Assembly: GCA_021432655.1 (NCBI GenBank)
Contig: MU271321.1
Span: 62,001-88,812, forward strand
Source of the DNA: Atractiella rhizophila
Lineage: Eukaryota
Reading direction: 5' to 3'
Length of the DNA: 26,812 nucleotides
The notes beneath the pieces are model-generated. The model had not been told where the DNA came from. It worked only from the letters and a program-made list of their open reading frames with translations, and searched no databases. Numbering within the stretch: the first letter of the stretch is position 1; the number at the start of each line of letters is the position of its first letter. Positions 22,278 through 26,812 of this stretch are shown here, one piece after another. The position numbers and the translations under genes were made by a program.

Positions 22278-23933
22278 ATGCTGGGGTTGTCCGCTCTCCG
22301 TCACACTGCGCCATCATCACAAGGCTCAGACACAACCATACCAGTTCTGGGACTGAAGCGGAGCAGAATACAAACGCAGTTGAGCTCGAAAAAGAGAATA
22401 CGAAACCGTGAGCTTTATCTATCATCAATTGCCTAAAACTAAGTCCTCTCTCAGGAGTCCGAGCAGGATTGTGCGGAACAGACAACCACGTCTGTCCTTC
22501 TGCCAATCTCGAATAAAGTCTAATGTGTTACCACTACTAGCAACCATACACCGTCGCAACGAACTACTGTCTCAAAGGCAACGCGCACCGACAACTTGGG
22601 CTGTTGACGAATCCTCGCAGCAGAGAAGTTTTCCCATCAAAGGCAAGTGAATTTGTCTAGTTACTTTGTAAGGACTTTCTGAAAGATTTATTCAGATTAT
22701 GAATTGACCAAGTCTCGGTGGCGGGAGGGTAAGAACAAAAACAGCTAGTACACTCACAAACTTATATGGAAACAGGCCATAGACATCGACGTCAACAACT
22801 AATAGAAGAACGTGCAGGGAAAGTAAAGGAATATCCTCATAAATGCCCCCATTGCGCCTTCCGTGTGAAGATTGCTGGTAACTTGAAAATGTAAGATTGC
22901 ATTGACATTCTATGCCAGAGCGCCAATCTCTCCGATGCAGACACATACGAATCGTTCATGATCGTGCTGTTTCACATCTTTGCTCCGGTTGTGGTCATGG
23001 TTTTTGTGAGCTTCTTCTCCTACAGCTCATTCATCTTTACTTAACGCTCCCTACAGCAACTGGGCGAACTGCACGAGTCCACCAAACAGGAATCACTGTG
23101 CCACCAGAGTGTCGAACTGGTCGGATTATCCCTGCTCCGAGCAACCAAATAAAAGCGAATTGGATCTGCTCCGGCTGCGAGGTGTCCTTCCGTATGTAGG
23201 CCTTCTCGCTAGGATGGTGCTACGAATAACCTGTTTGCAGATTCGCAGAGTAAATATAAGCAGCATCAAAGCGAGAGCGCCTCTGAAGCTTGTAACACTG
23301 GACGATTCTATCACATTCCTTCGCTCAAGGAAAGATATACGATATCTCCTAGCGTCCGCAGGAAAATGAGGGACTCCCCGACCTGCTCGCTGTGCTCGGC
23401 CGTTTTTGCCAGCAAAGGAGGATTAACTCAGTGAGTTGCAAGACCTGACATTAACACAAGAGCTGAACAGTTGGGCGTAGGCATGTGCGTCGGATCCACG
23501 TAAAAGAGCGTACAATATGCTTGGGTTGTAAACAGGTGTTTGGTATGCGCTCTACCGTCTTAGTATGGATTCTACTCACTCTCTCAAAGCGGCGCAGCAG
23601 TCTGTCCAGGCCCATCAGAAGAAAGCACCTGCATGCACAGGCAAGCGGTGGTTCCATGTTCCGCCTCCAGGAGAGGGCGATCAGATACTCTGCCTATCCT
23701 GCGGCGAAATATGTGGTCAGTCCTTCTCCCGATTCCGCATCGTCTTTCCCGCTCATGGAAAGAGAGTCAACAGATGGCATGACGAGTTTTGAGTCGCATA
23801 AACCGGTTTCTCAAAAGTGTCAGGAGGCTGAGAGTTACTTTATTCCTGCAATAAGCGTGAGAGTTTCACATTACACTCTTGTGGGAGAGAAAGAGCGATT
23901 GACAGAGGATAACAGAATATGGGGCCTCGTTAA
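22278..23933 (+). CDS. Multi-zinc-finger protein with six fingers (C2H2-C2HC-C2HC twice); N-terminal exons uncertain
   Basis: Spliced fingers: CPHC-x12-HIRIVH, CSGC-x12-H-x9-C, CSGC-x12-H-x8-C, CSLC-x12-HVRRIH, CLGC-x12-H-x6-C, CLSC-x12-H-x6-C. Introns at 22891-22940, 23006-23056, 23192-23240, 23431-23480, 23543-23589 and 23716-23773. The start codon and last exon (stop at 23933 or 23985) are tentative. Confidence 0.8.
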
Positions 23934-24317
23934 GCACGTAGCTTGTCATATCCCTGAGGGCAAATGTCAAGTTTTGCAACCATGACATTATTGTATTAAG
24001 TCTTGGTTGATACCATAATAATTACATTGTTTGAAAACGGAAATGGTGCGTCTGAACTCCAAGTCGAACCCTAGACGGCGCGAATGCGGCGTTGTCTTTG
24101 CTTTCTCCCCTTGAAGGACTCTAAGCTGTAAGAGTTGGATCCGGTGAGGCAGCTTAAGGATCATTTTTATCTCAATTCGACAGTGAAGCCAGAGAATAAA
24201 CAACACTTGGTTGCTTTGTGTCTCGAGAATAACTATCTACAAAGATGATACATCTACATATGGGTCGGCATAATACAAGGTCGTATTCACAAGGAGAGAT
24301 CACAGTTAACACTAGTT

Positions 24318-24981
24318 TTAGGCAGTAGCAGCCGCAACGCTACTTCCAGCAGAAGCATTGGCACCAGCAGCGGCATTCCTATTCCTCTTCTTCTGCTCCA
24401 GGATCGCAAAGCTCAGGACAACCATAGCCAGATTGTCGATATTAGAACAGATTGACGGGTCCATGATGTCGATGTTCATGTAGCGACTCTTGGAGGTAAT
24501 GTAGTGTTTGCGATGGGATTCTGCGATTGTCTTTCCGTTCCGTTGGAGCTGATATCGAGGGCGATGTGTCAGTCGGCGAAGGGAAAGGAGGGAGAAAGTA
24601 CCCGAAGAGTTCCTCCAAACGATTCCTTCCAGGTAGCTTCGGAGCCATCAGGGAGCTGCACCGTTGTAGACATCCTGCATCCGGTGCACAATCAGAAGAG
24701 CATTGCAACGTAGTGAAGAAGGCTCACGAGAATTTACTGCCATGTAGCACATTCTTAAGTGGCATCTCGCTTCCACCTCTGAGGCTGATCATGTCTTTCT
24801 TCAGCGAGTGCATCTTGACCTCAGCGAAGATCGTCTCCTTGTGGCCCTCCATGATCGTCATGGTACAATCACAGCCAGTGAATCCGCAGTGGGAGAGATT
24901 GAACAATGGCTTGCTAGTAGCGCTGTCGAGAACGGTTGCGGCGAAGGGTCGGTTGCGGTCGAAAGAAAGGTTCATCGTCAT
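24318..24981 (-). CDS. Small DUF6593-like protein, paralog B, 3 exons
   Basis: Translation MTMNLSFDRNRPFAATVLDSATSKPLF...LPDGSEATWK...ESHRKHYITS...IDNLAMVVLSFAILEQKKRNRNAAAGANASAGSSVAAATA. It has the same two intron positions and phases as paralog A. Confidence 0.8.
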
Positions 24982-25332
24982 CGTTCGTTAATATTTCGTT
25001 ACTGTAAATTGTTTCCTTGTTTCGGTTGAGTAGTTGGTTTAGCTGTTGGGTCTAGAAAAAGGAGACAGCAGTCTTTTGTAACCCAGCCATCGGCATAGAC
25101 GGGTCGACTTGGGAGGAAAATTACAGACCTATGACATCATCCGAGAAACCACCAAGAGGGGGACTCGACAAAACCGTACAGATGGGACTCATCATTGGTT
25201 ACAAGCTTTGAGGCGACACGGTGTATGTTCCATGTACGTGAAGGATATGATATTTGCCTCTCAGAAGACGTTTAGAAAAGTGTTTCGCTGCAATTACTGA
25301 GATACGTCGTGATCCTTAGTAGGAAAGATGAT

Positions 25333-26034
25333 TCATTTCAGTTTTTTCTTCATAAACTTTCACCAAGAATGTCAACATGAGCATATGCCACTGCGACCAA
25401 AGGCACTCACAGCGGCATTAACCCAGAATAATTTCTCCTCTTTTATGTCCCAATTCTGCCACGCCGGCCCCGTCTCATACGTCACGTAGCCTCTCCTACG
25501 ATAATAATCTTCCATGCTAAACCGTGGTCGTTCCTTTCCGTTCCTCTTCCAAAAGTTGTCATCATTGAACTGCTCCGCTGACATCCCAACGATAGTCATC
25601 CACTCAACATTGATTGGCTCCTCGATTGCAATTCTCTCCATCTCAAGGATAGCGAAAGAAGCTGCGCCAATACGTTGAAAGGATGGGAGGACGAAGAGTG
25701 ACTCTAATCGGGCAGAGGACGGCACGAATTCCTTGCTTGCAAAGTGGCCAGGGTCTTCCATTCGCTTCCTTTCCACTGCTATGTGACCAATGGGGAAGAT
25801 CTCTCGGCTTTGAGTGTCGCGGAGGGTGGTGACAGTCTCTGACAGCTCGGCTCTCTCTACTGGCTCCGAGGTTGCTATCCAAAACATCACACGATGACCT
25901 TGCTCCACCGCAGCCTTCCAAAGTGGAATGTCTTCATCTCCCCATCCACAGATTCGCCGTTGCCTTTGCAACTCCTCGATATGAGCTTGAGTTCCGAATT
26001 CAATAGGAACCAATATTAGTCGAACTCTGTCCAT
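25333..26034 (-). CDS. GNAT-family N-acetyltransferase
   Basis: Acetyl-CoA motif A (LESLFVLPSFQRIGAASFAILEME), PIGHIAV and YYRRRGY. A GTGAGT...AAG intron near the 3' end gives the terminus NAAFMKKKLK*. First ATG at 26034. Confidence 0.9.
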
Positions 26035-26382
26035 ATCGTCGCACTTCACGTCACAGTTGTCAGGCAGTGAGATGAGATGAAGGCTGATTGTCAGGCAGGA
26101 CAGCTATTTGTAGTGATATTAAATTGTCGAAGCAATGTGACTCGACATTATTCTCGAGGATTGCTGACCAGTGATGACCATGCCGAAGTCCCGAAGGAAT
26201 GTGAGGAAGCGTATGCTATTGAAAATGCGGTAAAGGATGATACAAATGTGAGATACTAAAGGATATCGCAAGTATACTACCCAGGCACCGTTGAAAGAAA
26301 AGTAATAGAGACAAGTGAGAACCTAGTTGAGAACAACAAGAACAGAGTCGTCAAAGGTCGTAAATTATGCAGCCCTCCTCCG

Positions 26383-26812
26383 TTACGGAGCGCCTATTTC
26401 AGACGGCGGAGGAGGAAGAATGTTTTCGGGTTTGATGAAAGGCATCGAATCCCGTTTGTCTTCACGCTCTACCTTCTCCATGGAATCTTCCTTCTTGGAT
26501 TTCGTCTCAAACCCGAGCTTCTTCAGGCACATAGCGATGTCTTCTTTACTGACAGGCTTCTGCACCACCCCGGAGAAAACGGTGCCGCTTTCGCTGTGTT
26601 CGTGACCAGAGGAAGTCAAGGCGATGATGGGAGTGTTGGAGTTAGCATTCTTAGTGGCCTTAATCATACGCGCAGCATCATCCCCATCAACTAAGCTTTA
26701 GTTAGCACAACCGCGAGACAAAGAAACAAGAGTACGCACTGATTGGCATCTGCATGTCCATGAAAATGACATCGAAGGTTACATCAGCCCCAGTTGCTAC
26801 TCTCAGTGCCTC
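26383..26812 (-). CDS. C-terminal response-regulator receiver domain, probably of a Rim15/Cek1-type kinase (5' part outside the window)
   Basis: EALRVATGADVTFDVIFMDMQMP, one intron, then DGDDAARMIKATKNANSNTPIIALTS...VVQKPVSKEDIAMCLKKLGF. The ARMIKxTxNxNxxTPII and LGF pattern resembles the Rim15 receiver. No kinase domain is visible, so orthology is inferred. Confidence 0.75.

Overview
Intron-rich eukaryotic DNA, almost certainly fungal. The short (~48-80 nt) GT-AG introns, CTRAY branch sites, Zn2Cys6 factor and gene content suggest a basidiomycete (inference). The ORF track is fragmented by splicing, so gene models were rebuilt by hand. In order: 5' end of a Zn(II)2Cys6 transcription factor (-, truncated); a reading frame broken by one TGA-CTA; a 6-exon orphan with phosphatase-docking-like motifs; a P-loop sulfotransferase (-) divergent from a full-length ABCC/MRP transporter (+); a small DUF6593-like gene (-); an LtrA-family membrane protein (+); KRI1 (-) with an unusually long, structured first intron; a six-finger zinc-finger gene made of a duplicated C2H2-C2HC-C2HC module (+); a second DUF6593-like paralog (-); a GNAT acetyltransferase (-); and the C-terminal receiver domain of a probable Rim15/Cek1 kinase (-, truncated). 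No rRNA, tRNA, CRISPR or recognisable transposon was seen. Best leads: the KRI1 intron element, the zinc-finger architecture, the conserved promoter motifs of the paralog pair, and the orphan with SILK/RVxF/PxIxIT-like motifs.
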